64,000 nt of DNA from a virus: positions 1 to 64,000 of the IMG/VR virus record IMGVR_UViG_3300047160_002053. One strand, 5' to 3'. The notes beneath the pieces are model-generated. The model was not told the origin of the DNA. It ran no database searches and saw only the letters and a list, made by a program, of their open reading frames with translations. The position numbers and the translations under genes were made by a program. Every line of letters starts with the position of its first letter. Within the stretch, counting starts at the first letter, position 1. Positions 19,701 to 27,584 of this stretch are shown here, piece by piece.

Positions 19701-20316
19701 TCGCTCGAACCTGATTGAGAAATTGAAAATGTATCAGCAAGCGGTATGCAATCATGAGTTTGCTGAAAAAGTTAAGAAGGCTCAAGAAACTGGCAAGAAG
19801 ATGCGTGCGCTCCAGCCAAAGGAAGGGGTTGTTCCGGAAGAATACCTGAATATCCATCCTGTGAAAGACGCTGCTCTCAAAAAGTCAGTCTTGCCTTCGC
19901 TTCCGATTGATCTTTATAGTCTTGGAGCTAAATATTCGAGCGTGCTTGATAGCTTCAGTGATCGTCCTGCGGTCATGTCGAAAAATGGCTACAGAACCCT
20001 CTTGCTTAATGGCGAGAGACTGCGTAGGCTGGATGAGATGGACGGTCACTCTATTCAAGAGGACATCTACGTTGCAGCTACATGTTTTGTGATTGAAGCG
20101 AAAGAATTTCCATACGCAAAGAACACCAAGCGTGCATTGAAGATGATTCTTGACGCAGATGGCTACGTTTCGGAAAAGGTCTTGTGGCCTGAGTATGAAT
20201 CGGGCAAGCTCGTCTATCCATCGACCCTTAAAAAGGGCGCTATCGTTACCGTCTTCTTCCGCAAGAAAGTGGGACGCAAGGACTTGTCTGTAATGAATAT
20301 AGTGGTGGAGACTTGA
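16774..20316 (+). CDS. dnaE: DNA polymerase III alpha subunit (C family)
   Basis: PHP domain (HTH, TDHG, PGIE), GPGRGSAGGSLLCYLMGIT, PDIDVD, KYDFL, RPGP, FQEQ, YGFSVIHA. Confidence 0.95.
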   Translation: MKISPHTHAESPLTGSTLGTLVKQAKKLGRTHFAYTDHGHLSSALKAYNQAKKEGLKFIPGIEIYFKDTACPHVAGTPADRCKYFTTTIYAQDQQAYQKLCQMVSRTDMPTVEIYEERQQLWRWEDLKEIAKFNVQVVLAGVHCMVGKAMLAGKADVAEKVLVQLKEIFGDRLSMAILAEPYLKQFNQVIQIHYADGTKDSILASDTVSTDKARNIRVSDLLEAKHHTMIKSKNSGMMHTEVNKEFTKVTLHKGFLPLPGGDATLKVNRLYCALAAKHSIRLLVTDYAYYAQKEDKIVQTMRLEGNNKLQPNFHMKNEEEVMEYLTKTLGRLPEVAAGIIKNNETWAEKFSNFSLSYKWRLAEVDGSAIQKIMAIVKENGRMKWDDPKYVARLKEEIDVIHRNGVYDLAPYFLPIRDVLNFYKEQGQLTGPGRGSAGGSLLCYLMGITQIDPFDFDLPFQRFFSMVRIKGKKLPDIDVDLEERELLVGADGHSGYLYGRWGNKAAQISTRTTIRLKSAILDTNRYFKGKVEDSIAAFSKGLPTPPQGVSDHQFVFGYEDTDENHIDGLIEVSEELKKYATERPEEWEIVSKAMGLTRAYSKHASAFVISDEPIQNIIPTKDGNITQYEAKETEEAGLIKYDFLVVKQLKDIRVCLDLINKRNGVKKTVGYFDHEGQENYIWKLPHAPEAYKAIWGGDTETMFQINTASMKPYVIDMLPQNIMDLATLLALVRPGPLDFIDPTTGRNMTEEYMLRRRGESEPDIKEMADLLPETYGILAFQEQLGKIARDLAGFPGEEAELLRENMAKKKMKALMDMKPAFMEGAQKRVSPEIAESIWERMVTFGRYGFSVIHAVEYAHITYACMFLKHFYKLEWWAAVLTNAEEKEITGKFWPYVKDMVSPPDINLSSDTMAVDYANGLIRSKMGVIRGMGEKTIQPIVDGRPYKDVQDFVNKGVAGDSLAHKLIHVGVLDSLFPPRSNLIEKLKMYQQAVCNHEFAEKVKKAQETGKKMRALQPKEGVVPEEYLNIHPVKDAALKKSVLPSLPIDLYSLGAKYSSVLDSFSDRPAVMSKNGYRTLLLNGERLRRLDEMDGHSIQEDIYVAATCFVIEAKEFPYAKNTKRALKMILDADGYVSEKVLWPEYESGKLVYPSTLKKGAIVTVFFRKKVGRKDLSVMNIVVET

Positions 20317-20341
20317 CAAAATGAGACAAAGGGAGTATCTT
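20313..20341 (+). promoter_or_regulatory. Sigma70-type promoter
   Basis: TTGACA-17 bp-TATCTT. Confidence 0.6.
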
Positions 20342-21124
20342 TTAGGTATGAGTGTGATTTTATGCACAATTCTTGCAGGATGTCTCGGGAAGGCACCGGC
20401 ACCAAAGCCGACATACCCTCCTGTGCAAAAACCTGCAACCGTGCGAAAAGTTTGCTCTACTCCGAAACCGGCAGTGATCGCGGTCATTGATACTGGACTC
20501 GGCCTAAATACTGAGTCTGCAAAAGCTCACCTTTGTAAATTTGGCCATAAAGACTTTACAAGCCTTCAAACCTACACGAATTTTCCGAATACCATCAATC
20601 CTGTTCCCACGGACGAACATGGACATGGCACGAATATTGCGGGACTCATCGACAAGTATGCTGGCGAGCGTAATTATTGCATGGTAATTCTCAAATATTA
20701 CAGTCCCTTATCCACTCAAGAAGATAATCTGGCCAACACTGTGAGGGCGATTGAGTACGCAATGAATATTGGCGTAAAGTACATCAATTATTCTGGCGGC
20801 GGCATGGAATTCTCTTTGATCGAGAACAGAGCCGTGAAGAAATTTTTAGATAAGGGTGGAAAATTTATTGCTGCGGCGGGCAATGAAGGAAAAGATATTG
20901 ATGTTTTTCCTTTCTATCCAGCCAAAGACGATAAGCGAGTGATTTCCGTAGGGAATTTGAACAGAAACGGTCAAATTGCTGAGACATCGAACTATGGCGA
21001 AAGCGTAACTCGATGGGAGCGCGGAACTGCTATGACTGGATTTGGCGTTACGATGACCGGAACCAGTCAAGCTACAGCCGTTGCTGCTGGAAAAATAATC
21101 AACGAAACAGAATGTGATAAATAA
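20321..21124 (+). CDS. Subtilisin-like (S8) serine protease, probable lipoprotein; start may be ATG 20348
   Basis: Triad VIDTG, HGHGT, GTSQA; oxyanion AAGN; lipobox LAGC followed by a Pro-rich tether. Confidence 0.85.
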   Translation: MRQREYLLGMSVILCTILAGCLGKAPAPKPTYPPVQKPATVRKVCSTPKPAVIAVIDTGLGLNTESAKAHLCKFGHKDFTSLQTYTNFPNTINPVPTDEHGHGTNIAGLIDKYAGERNYCMVILKYYSPLSTQEDNLANTVRAIEYAMNIGVKYINYSGGGMEFSLIENRAVKKFLDKGGKFIAAAGNEGKDIDVFPFYPAKDDKRVISVGNLNRNGQIAETSNYGESVTRWERGTAMTGFGVTMTGTSQATAVAAGKIINETECDK

Positions 21125-21127
21125 ATC

Positions 21128-21156
21128 TTGCAATCCATTTCAAAATAAGATATAAA
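21128..21156 (+). promoter_or_regulatory. Sigma70-type promoter
   Basis: TTGCAA-17 bp-TATAAA, followed by AGGAG RBS and ATG 21177. Confidence 0.55.
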
Positions 21157-21176
21157 CGTCCCAATAGGAGAAAATC

Positions 21177-21947
21177 ATGTCATTAAAAGCTACTCTCGAA
21201 GAAATCAAGAAAGTTAAAGGCCACGCCGAGGAAAACCTCGACAATGCGCCGCCTGAAACACTAAACGCTCGCCGTGGACGTAAGGCAAATGCCATTGAAA
21301 GTCTCAAGCGTCTCAAGCGTGATTACAAGCGCGATATGCTTGACAGCGCCGTATTCCTCGTTGCTGTTGGCTCTGGCCGCGAAGACTTTGCGAACATCGT
21401 TTCTACCGAGAACAAATGGTTTTCTGCAAACCCTGAAGTGTTCTATACAGATCTCGCTAACCGTGTTCCGACTACTTTGTATCTTGGAAAGACCGGCATC
21501 AGCGACATCTTTGAAGTTATCGGTCGTCACTTGGAAGATAAAATGAACGAGCTTGATCTGATCGAATACAATCAACTCATTTTCAAAGCTCAGTACGCTC
21601 AAAAGATCAACTCGAAAGAAGAATTGGCTACACTGTTGAAGCGCGCAATCAATAACCAAATCGGATCTGAGATCGTGGCGATTCAAGCCGTTGATTCTTT
21701 GGTTGGTGAAGCTATCGAACGTAGCCACGGAGATGCGATTACTCCTATCGTTCTCTCTACTGGCGATGAAGAACTTGCATTGGAATTGGTTCGCGACTTC
21801 AAAACTTCTGGACAGCCTGTTCAGTTGGTTGGTATCGGTGAAGTCTCTGATAAATTAAAACTTGACGGAATTATGCTTCTGGAAGATACTAGCAAGAAGT
21901 CGATCAAATCCGTCCTCGGCAGCATGAAAAAGCTGGTCAGGAAATAA
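21177..21947 (+). CDS. Hypothetical protein
   Basis: 256 aa; strong RBS. Confidence 0.75.
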   Translation: MSLKATLEEIKKVKGHAEENLDNAPPETLNARRGRKANAIESLKRLKRDYKRDMLDSAVFLVAVGSGREDFANIVSTENKWFSANPEVFYTDLANRVPTTLYLGKTGISDIFEVIGRHLEDKMNELDLIEYNQLIFKAQYAQKINSKEELATLLKRAINNQIGSEIVAIQAVDSLVGEAIERSHGDAITPIVLSTGDEELALELVRDFKTSGQPVQLVGIGEVSDKLKLDGIMLLEDTSKKSIKSVLGSMKKLVRK

Positions 21948-21949
21948 TC

Positions 21950-22258
21950 ATGAAAAAACAAGCTAAAGTTAAAAAGCAGACAAAGGCTCAGGCTAAAAAA
22001 CAGATTGAGCGCTTGAGAAAGGCAACTGGCCAAGGATATTCTGGTCCACTTATCGAAGTTAGCCAAAAAGAAGGAGCAAATGGAGTTATGACCGGAGCCA
22101 ATACTCTTTTGCTGGTTGATGGAAAACCTTTGAAAGGTGCGCAGTCTTTTGCGTTTGAAGTGAGCGCAAAAGGAGTAGCTAAAGCTACCATCACTTTAGT
22201 TGGTCGTTTTAAGATCAACGGAAAAATTCTAACCAAAACTGTTAAATTGTACAAATAA
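21950..22258 (+). CDS. Basic hypothetical protein
   Basis: Lys-rich N-terminus, beta-rich C-terminus. Confidence 0.65.
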   Translation: MKKQAKVKKQTKAQAKKQIERLRKATGQGYSGPLIEVSQKEGANGVMTGANTLLLVDGKPLKGAQSFAFEVSAKGVAKATITLVGRFKINGKILTKTVKLYK

Positions 22259-22300
22259 ACCCAACAAACCTGCCTACGGGCGTCTAAAAAGGGAGATAAA

Positions 22301-23422
22301 ATGAAAATCGGTAAAGCAAAGTATGGTATTACGCAGAAGAAGTATTTCAAGCTGAAGGACGGCGAAAGCACTTTCCGTATCCTTCCGCCGCTTGGTGATC
22401 TGGCTGACGACGGTCGTTGGAGCGTCTTCTACAAAGTTCACTATGGCTACAAGAACAGCAAAGGTAAACTTCGCGTGTTCCAATCGAGCCTGGTTAAAAA
22501 CCGCAAGACAAAAATGGTCGAGGTTCCGGATGCAGCTGCAGAGCGCATCGACACCCTGAAAGCAAAGCTTCAGGAAGCTAAAGATGCCGGTCAAAAGGCC
22601 GTTGTCGAGAAGCTTGGACCTTTGGTTTCTGGTCAAAAGCCTATGTACAATTTGGACTCTAACCACTATATGAACGTGGTTGATGAGCAAGGAAATATCG
22701 GTGTTTTGAAACTCCGTCACCGCGCTAAGCAGGTTCTTGATGACGAAATCAAGGCATTGCGCGAAAAAGGTATCGACCCGTTGTCGGTTGACAATGGCCG
22801 TTATTTCGTGTTTCGTCGCTCGGGATCTGGTCTTGAGACTTCTTTCGCGGTTCGCGTTAAGAAAGAAAAGATCACTGTTGATGGCGTCGGCGAAGTTGAA
22901 CGTGATTTGGTTCACAAGCTCAACAATGAACTGATCAGCCGCCTTGGTGAAGAAGCTGATCAACTCGATAAACTTTACAAAGAAGTTTCTTCGGACGACA
23001 TCGCTCGTATCGTGAAAGCTTCGGATCTTTTGACTGGTATCTCGCCGGTTATTGACGAGATCTTTGACAATCAAGGTGACAGTGGATCGTCGTCTTCGAG
23101 TGACGATGAAGATTACGGAGATGAAGATGATTCTTCAGATTCTAAGTCTTCTTCCGCTGCTTCTTCGAGCAATGACGAAGCCGCTGCAGCTGCTGCTAAA
23201 GCAAAAGCTGACGCAGAAGCTAAAGCTCGTATCGAAGCTGTTCAAGCTGAACAAGCTGCTGCTGCAAAGGCTAAAGCCGATGCCGAAGCAAAAGCCGCTG
23301 CAACTGCTGCCGCTGCTAAAACTGAAACTAAAACCGAAACCAAGAGCGGAAGCACTCAAACGACTGCCGAAGCTGTTGGAGACATGAGCGACGATGAATT
23401 CTTGAAATCGCTTGGTCTGTAA
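22301..23422 (+). CDS. Single-stranded DNA-binding protein (T4 gp32-like)
   Basis: FRILPP motif, HYMNVV, acidic/Ala-Lys linker, acidic-hydrophobic tail SDDEFLKSLGL; near recA. Confidence 0.75.
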   Translation: MKIGKAKYGITQKKYFKLKDGESTFRILPPLGDLADDGRWSVFYKVHYGYKNSKGKLRVFQSSLVKNRKTKMVEVPDAAAERIDTLKAKLQEAKDAGQKAVVEKLGPLVSGQKPMYNLDSNHYMNVVDEQGNIGVLKLRHRAKQVLDDEIKALREKGIDPLSVDNGRYFVFRRSGSGLETSFAVRVKKEKITVDGVGEVERDLVHKLNNELISRLGEEADQLDKLYKEVSSDDIARIVKASDLLTGISPVIDEIFDNQGDSGSSSSSDDEDYGDEDDSSDSKSSSAASSSNDEAAAAAAKAKADAEAKARIEAVQAEQAAAAKAKADAEAKAAATAAAAKTETKTETKSGSTQTTAEAVGDMSDDEFLKSLGL

Positions 23423-23432
23423 GGGGTAGTTT

Positions 23433-23954
23433 GTGAGCGATCAAAAGTCTACATCTTTAATGGTACTGCCAGCTTTCGGGCGGGCACCCGAGTTGAAGAT
23501 GGAAATGAAAAATATCAGAGAAGCAGAACTGCGCCTTATTGAGGCAAAGACTGTAAATCCGGTTACTTACGTGGAATTGGAGCATACCTTCAATGAAGCA
23601 TACCGTGATCTGAAGAAACATATCGCTTCTATCGGGTATTCGCTCTCAATGGCCCAGAAGTCTCTTGAGGATGCCAAGGCCGACGTAATCCTTGGCTCCT
23701 ATGCCGAAGCAATGAAAGACAAACCAAAGAGTCATGACACTTTAGATATGCGAAATGCCTATCTGACACGCGATGTTAATTACTCTGCGGCCCTGGAAAG
23801 AATTGCTCAGCTAAAAGCTCTAGAAGCAAACATGGATGGAAAAATCAAAGTAATGGAAAACGTCTGCCGATACATGCGAAAGCAAATGGATCTTATCCTG
23901 CGCTCCGGATTGTCATCGAGAGACTACTATATTTCACAAGGAAAAAAAGTATGA
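23433..23954 (+). CDS. Helical protein, possible UvsY-like recombination mediator
   Basis: Coiled-coil character and size; lies between SSB and recA (positional inference). Confidence 0.35.
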   Translation: MSDQKSTSLMVLPAFGRAPELKMEMKNIREAELRLIEAKTVNPVTYVELEHTFNEAYRDLKKHIASIGYSLSMAQKSLEDAKADVILGSYAEAMKDKPKSHDTLDMRNAYLTRDVNYSAALERIAQLKALEANMDGKIKVMENVCRYMRKQMDLILRSGLSSRDYYISQGKKV

Positions 23955-24148
23955 CAAACGATACAGAGCAATTGACAGTAGACTTGAAGAACGAAATGGC
24001 CAAGCTGGAACAGAATCTGGCCAAACTCGAAGACACCGTGAAGCGCCTGTCTTTTGTTATGCGAGAGGTTTCTTATGTCATCGGAGCGAAAAGAACGTTT
24101 CAAAGTGACGATAACGGACAGAGTGACGGGCGAGAAAACCGTCTTTAA
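23951..24148 (+). CDS. Small coiled-coil protein
   Basis: ATGA-coupled. Confidence 0.5.
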   Translation: MTNDTEQLTVDLKNEMAKLEQNLAKLEDTVKRLSFVMREVSYVIGAKRTFQSDDNGQSDGRENRL

Positions 24149-24260
24149 CGTCCATTCCGCAGGATTTCAATTTAATATGAGGGTAGTTGGCCAGAAACCA
24201 GAAGTGGTTCGGATGGTCCTTGATTATCCGAGGATGAAAAATGGAAAACGAAAAGCTTGA
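24075..24260 (+). CDS. Small hypothetical protein
   Basis: GAGG RBS before ATG 24075. Confidence 0.45.
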   Translation: MSSERKERFKVTITDRVTGEKTVFNVHSAGFQFNMRVVGQKPEVVRMVLDYPRMKNGKRKA

Positions 24261-24522
24261 TTCATTGATGGTTACTGCACTCGAAGCACTAAAACTCTTT
24301 GTCGATAAAGAGCGAGTCGTAATGAATGGTCAGGTCTACATCAAGTTGGGTACTCATAACCCAAAGATGGAAGACGAAGCGATGTGGCGTATCAATGAAG
24401 CAAAACATGCTTTGGAAGATGTGCCGGAACTGGCGACTCTCATGGAGATTCGTCTTTTGGAAATGAAACAATTTGACGCCCACAAGCGTCTTAGCGCAAT
24501 TAGAGGTACAAAAAATGGGTAA
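24241..24522 (+). CDS. Hypothetical protein
   Basis: GAGGA RBS. Confidence 0.6.
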   Translation: MENEKLDSLMVTALEALKLFVDKERVVMNGQVYIKLGTHNPKMEDEAMWRINEAKHALEDVPELATLMEIRLLEMKQFDAHKRLSAIRGTKNG

Positions 24523-25558
24523 CAAATGGCTCAAGCAACTGCGTGCGTATGATGATGCAGTCAATCCCGAATACGATTCGTATGCGGCTGAAAACTGCCT
24601 TTACACGCCAAGTCCTTATTTTAACTGGATCTTTGCAAACAAGTCGAACGGAATCCCTAAGAATTCGTCGGTCTTGTTCTTCTCCGAGCAAAAGGCCGGT
24701 AAGTCGTTGTCGATCTACGCAATGGTTCTGGAAATGCAACGTCGCGATCCCGAAGGTATTGCTATCGTGTTCAATACAGAACTTCGCGGTGCCTTGCAAG
24801 GCGGTGTGTTCCCTGAGATTGATCAGGATCGCATGATTATTTACGACACAAATCTCCCGCAAGAGATCTTTGACCGTATCGAAAACGACATCAAAGCAAT
24901 GGTTCAAGACGGAATGCCGTTACGGATTCTGGCGATTGACTCCCTTTCTAATATCATTGGGGTTAAACGTGCCAACGCAGAATCGGCTACCGATCACTTG
25001 GTTGGCGACCACGCTCTTACGATTCAGATCGGCTTGTCTAAGCTGGTTCCTTTCTGTAAGCGCAATAAGATCCTTCTGATTGCTACGTCTCAAATGCGTG
25101 ACAAGATGGACGCTTCTAAGTACGAATCCAAGGTCAAAATGGAAGCTTCGTGGGCGACTAAGCACGCTTTCGAGTATTTCATCAGCCTGAAACGCGCTGG
25201 TGCTGCCGAAGACCGTGCCGATATCGAAGGAAAGACCTTTGAGGAAGACATTAAGGATGCTCGTGACAACAAGCTTTTGACTGGTCACAAGATCTACGTC
25301 AAAATGGAAGCCTCATCTCTTGGTCCTCAAGGACGCTCTGGTGTCTTTACTATGGACTACGAAAAAGGCATTATCAATCAACATGAAGAGATCTTCTTCC
25401 TTGGTAAGTCTTGCGGAATCATTACGACTCCGAATAACCGTACCTACAATTACGGCGGCAAGTCTTACAACGGTAAAAAGGAAATGGCGCTTGCCATTCG
25501 AGATGACCAAAAGTTGGCGTCTGCAATCCTCGAAGAAATCAAGAAATTAGACGAATAA
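24515..25558 (+). CDS. RecA/UvsX-like recombinase
   Basis: GIPKNS, Walker A variant SEQKAGKS, FNTE, Walker B LAIDSL, TSQMRDK. Start placed at ATG 24515 after GAGG. Confidence 0.85.
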   Translation: MGNKWLKQLRAYDDAVNPEYDSYAAENCLYTPSPYFNWIFANKSNGIPKNSSVLFFSEQKAGKSLSIYAMVLEMQRRDPEGIAIVFNTELRGALQGGVFPEIDQDRMIIYDTNLPQEIFDRIENDIKAMVQDGMPLRILAIDSLSNIIGVKRANAESATDHLVGDHALTIQIGLSKLVPFCKRNKILLIATSQMRDKMDASKYESKVKMEASWATKHAFEYFISLKRAGAAEDRADIEGKTFEEDIKDARDNKLLTGHKIYVKMEASSLGPQGRSGVFTMDYEKGIINQHEEIFFLGKSCGIITTPNNRTYNYGGKSYNGKKEMALAIRDDQKLASAILEEIKKLDE

Positions 25559-25563
25559 GTTAT

Positions 25564-25750
25564 GTAGCGGCGGCGTTTGTACCGCTGACTTCGCCATTGA
25601 TCCAGAAACAGAGCGAGCGTGGGTGATTACCACAATATCCGCTCTGTGCGAAGCCGTCCTACTGGAGGTTGCCTAAAAGCCCAGCGCGTGGATGACAAGA
25701 TGGACCAGAGAGTACAAGTCCTGGTGCGATAGTCCCGAGGGTTCCGCTAC
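25564..25750 (+). ncRNA. Candidate structured non-coding RNA (~187 nt), family unknown
   Basis: The only long intergenic gap in the + block, and GC-rich. Closing stem GTAGCGG/CCGCTAC, several internal helices, 3' U-rich tract. Confidence 0.65.
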
Positions 25751-25767
25751 TTCTTTTTGAGGAATTT

Positions 25768-26724
25768 ATGAAAATCGAACGTCCACAAGCAGATAGCAAG
25801 AAAATTTCATCGAAGGACGACTTTGAGCTTTGCTATTTGCGTCATCAGTACCTACGCAGAGTGGATTATAACCCAACAGCTGCAGAAATGGCACCCTACA
25901 ATAAGATCGTGTCCATCCAGGCTAGAAAGACCTTCTATGCCTATGCAAATCTGTTCAAGCTTGTTGGCATGGAGTTAGAAGATCTGAATAGTATTGGCCA
26001 TGTTCATCTCGTGAGCTTTCTAGGGCTATATAGCTTTCGCGTACCCGAAAAGCTCCGTGAATTTGTGGTTGCACAGGTCATCAAAACCGGCAAACTTCCT
26101 CCTGCTTGGGTTCAAGACGCAAAAAACAAGGCAAATCTGACTCTGTTCCTGAAACAGCGTATGCAGGATGTCGTCCGTATCTGCCAGCAGAAAGCTCGCA
26201 ATATCAAAGGCCAGCCTACAGAAGAATTCTATGTTTTCTATGGCCCCAAGCGTCCACCAAAGAATCCTCGTGAATTGATCGACAACTACGAGAAAATGGG
26301 CTTTAGAAAGCTCGATATCGCGTCATTTAAGACGATTCGCAAGCGCGTCATGAAGCTTGATGACGAGGATGCGATCACGAAGACCGGCAATCAAGAAAAA
26401 CCATTCGAGATCTTGAAATTCGCAGGTTCATACTATATTTCTGTTCCACTTGACCATCGCGATCTAACTGTTCACGATTTTGCTGGCGCAGACATGGACC
26501 CTTATGATAGTATTCATAATAAGAACCCAGAGCAGTTGTACCTAGAGCAAGCTGACCAGGAACAGTTCGAGGAAAAGAAAGCGAACTTTGATTCCCAATC
26601 AACTAAGCGAAAAGAGACGATTATCAGACACTTCATCCGTAAGCACAAGGGAGATCCTAGGTTTAAGGAAGAATTGCAAACTGCTAGAAAGTTCCTAAAG
26701 GAATTAAGAGCAAATGCTGAATAA
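25768..26724 (+). CDS. Divergent sigma-factor-like protein
   Basis: YNKIVSIQARKTF...GMELEDLNSIGHVHLVSFLGLY...LTLFLKQRMQDVVR resembles sigma region 2; later NPEQLYLEQ. Confidence 0.45.
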   Translation: MKIERPQADSKKISSKDDFELCYLRHQYLRRVDYNPTAAEMAPYNKIVSIQARKTFYAYANLFKLVGMELEDLNSIGHVHLVSFLGLYSFRVPEKLREFVVAQVIKTGKLPPAWVQDAKNKANLTLFLKQRMQDVVRICQQKARNIKGQPTEEFYVFYGPKRPPKNPRELIDNYEKMGFRKLDIASFKTIRKRVMKLDDEDAITKTGNQEKPFEILKFAGSYYISVPLDHRDLTVHDFAGADMDPYDSIHNKNPEQLYLEQADQEQFEEKKANFDSQSTKRKETIIRHFIRKHKGDPRFKEELQTARKFLKELRANAE

Positions 26725-27067
26725 TTCAGAATTCAATCAACTGCTTGTTGCGTGGAAATATTCCTACGGAGAAAAGAGATTAGCCTCTAATGGAGATGAG
26801 TATTTTGTAGTTCCTGTAAATCCACAGAAACGTAGAAATATGTTCATAATTTTGATTGAAACTCTGATGAATAAATATAGCTACACGAAAGAAGATTTGA
26901 ATTGTGACTTTATTCGCGTTATGATTATAAATGCTTGCGTAAGTAACAAAGTAAAAGTTGAAGCATTGCGACAATGGAAAAATGCAGTTCAAAGAGATTT
27001 AGACGACGCAATGGCAATAACATTTTTTCAAGATATTTTTCCAAAAAGAGAAGACGATGTTGACTGA
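26714..27067 (+). CDS. Hypothetical protein, paralog A
   Basis: Shares WK.xYGE...G.EY..VP...RRNM...YTKEDL with the next gene. Confidence 0.7.
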   Translation: MLNNSEFNQLLVAWKYSYGEKRLASNGDEYFVVPVNPQKRRNMFIILIETLMNKYSYTKEDLNCDFIRVMIINACVSNKVKVEALRQWKNAVQRDLDDAMAITFFQDIFPKREDDVD

Positions 27068-27584
27068 GAGCCAACTTGAACTTTTGTTCACCGAATGGAA
27101 GATGGAATACGGGGAGCCTGCCACGTCTAAACGTGGTACGGAATACTGGCGTGTTCCTTCGGATTCAGGGCCTCGACGCAACATGCTTAACATTCTGTTC
27201 CAAATTCTCACTTCCAAGCACGGCTATACGAAAGAAGACCTTCTGATGACGACGGTGAAAAACCGCATCATTTCGGAATGCTTTTGGGCCGATGGCATGA
27301 CCAAAGATCAGAAAGAGCGCAAAATAGGCGCAATCAATAGCGATTATCTGATCGTGATCAAGCTCTTTTTCAACAACCCAGAGGAAGAGAAATTAAAACC
27401 TACCGAAACTACGTTTGTTCGTGATACAATAACTGAGTATGCCGCTGCTGAGCCTGATTATGGTACGCCAGAAGTCCAAAAGCTCGATCCAGAGGCAGAA
27501 TCACGTCGCACTGGGATCGCATTACCTACTGCGGTGGAAGATGAAGATTTTATGAAATTGCTGGAAGGATCATCAGATGAGTGA
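27057..27584 (+). CDS. Hypothetical protein, paralog B
   Basis: Same motifs as paralog A, plus an acidic C-terminal extension. Confidence 0.75.
   Translation: MLTESQLELLFTEWKMEYGEPATSKRGTEYWRVPSDSGPRRNMLNILFQILTSKHGYTKEDLLMTTVKNRIISECFWADGMTKDQKERKIGAINSDYLIVIKLFFNNPEEEKLKPTETTFVRDTITEYAAAEPDYGTPEVQKLDPEAESRRTGIALPTAVEDEDFMKLLEGSSDE

Noticed and set aside
23080-23345. Low-complexity GCT/AAA repeats as a DNA repeat element
   Set aside because: They are explained by the Ser/Asp and Ala/Lys linker of the SSB.
25564-25750. Assigning the RNA to group I intron, c-di-GMP or lysine riboswitch, RNase P, tmRNA or hammerhead
   Set aside because: Only fragments match (GATAGTCC, GCGAAGCC...CCTAAA, CTGA). 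The other conserved core elements are absent and the flanking genes are intact.
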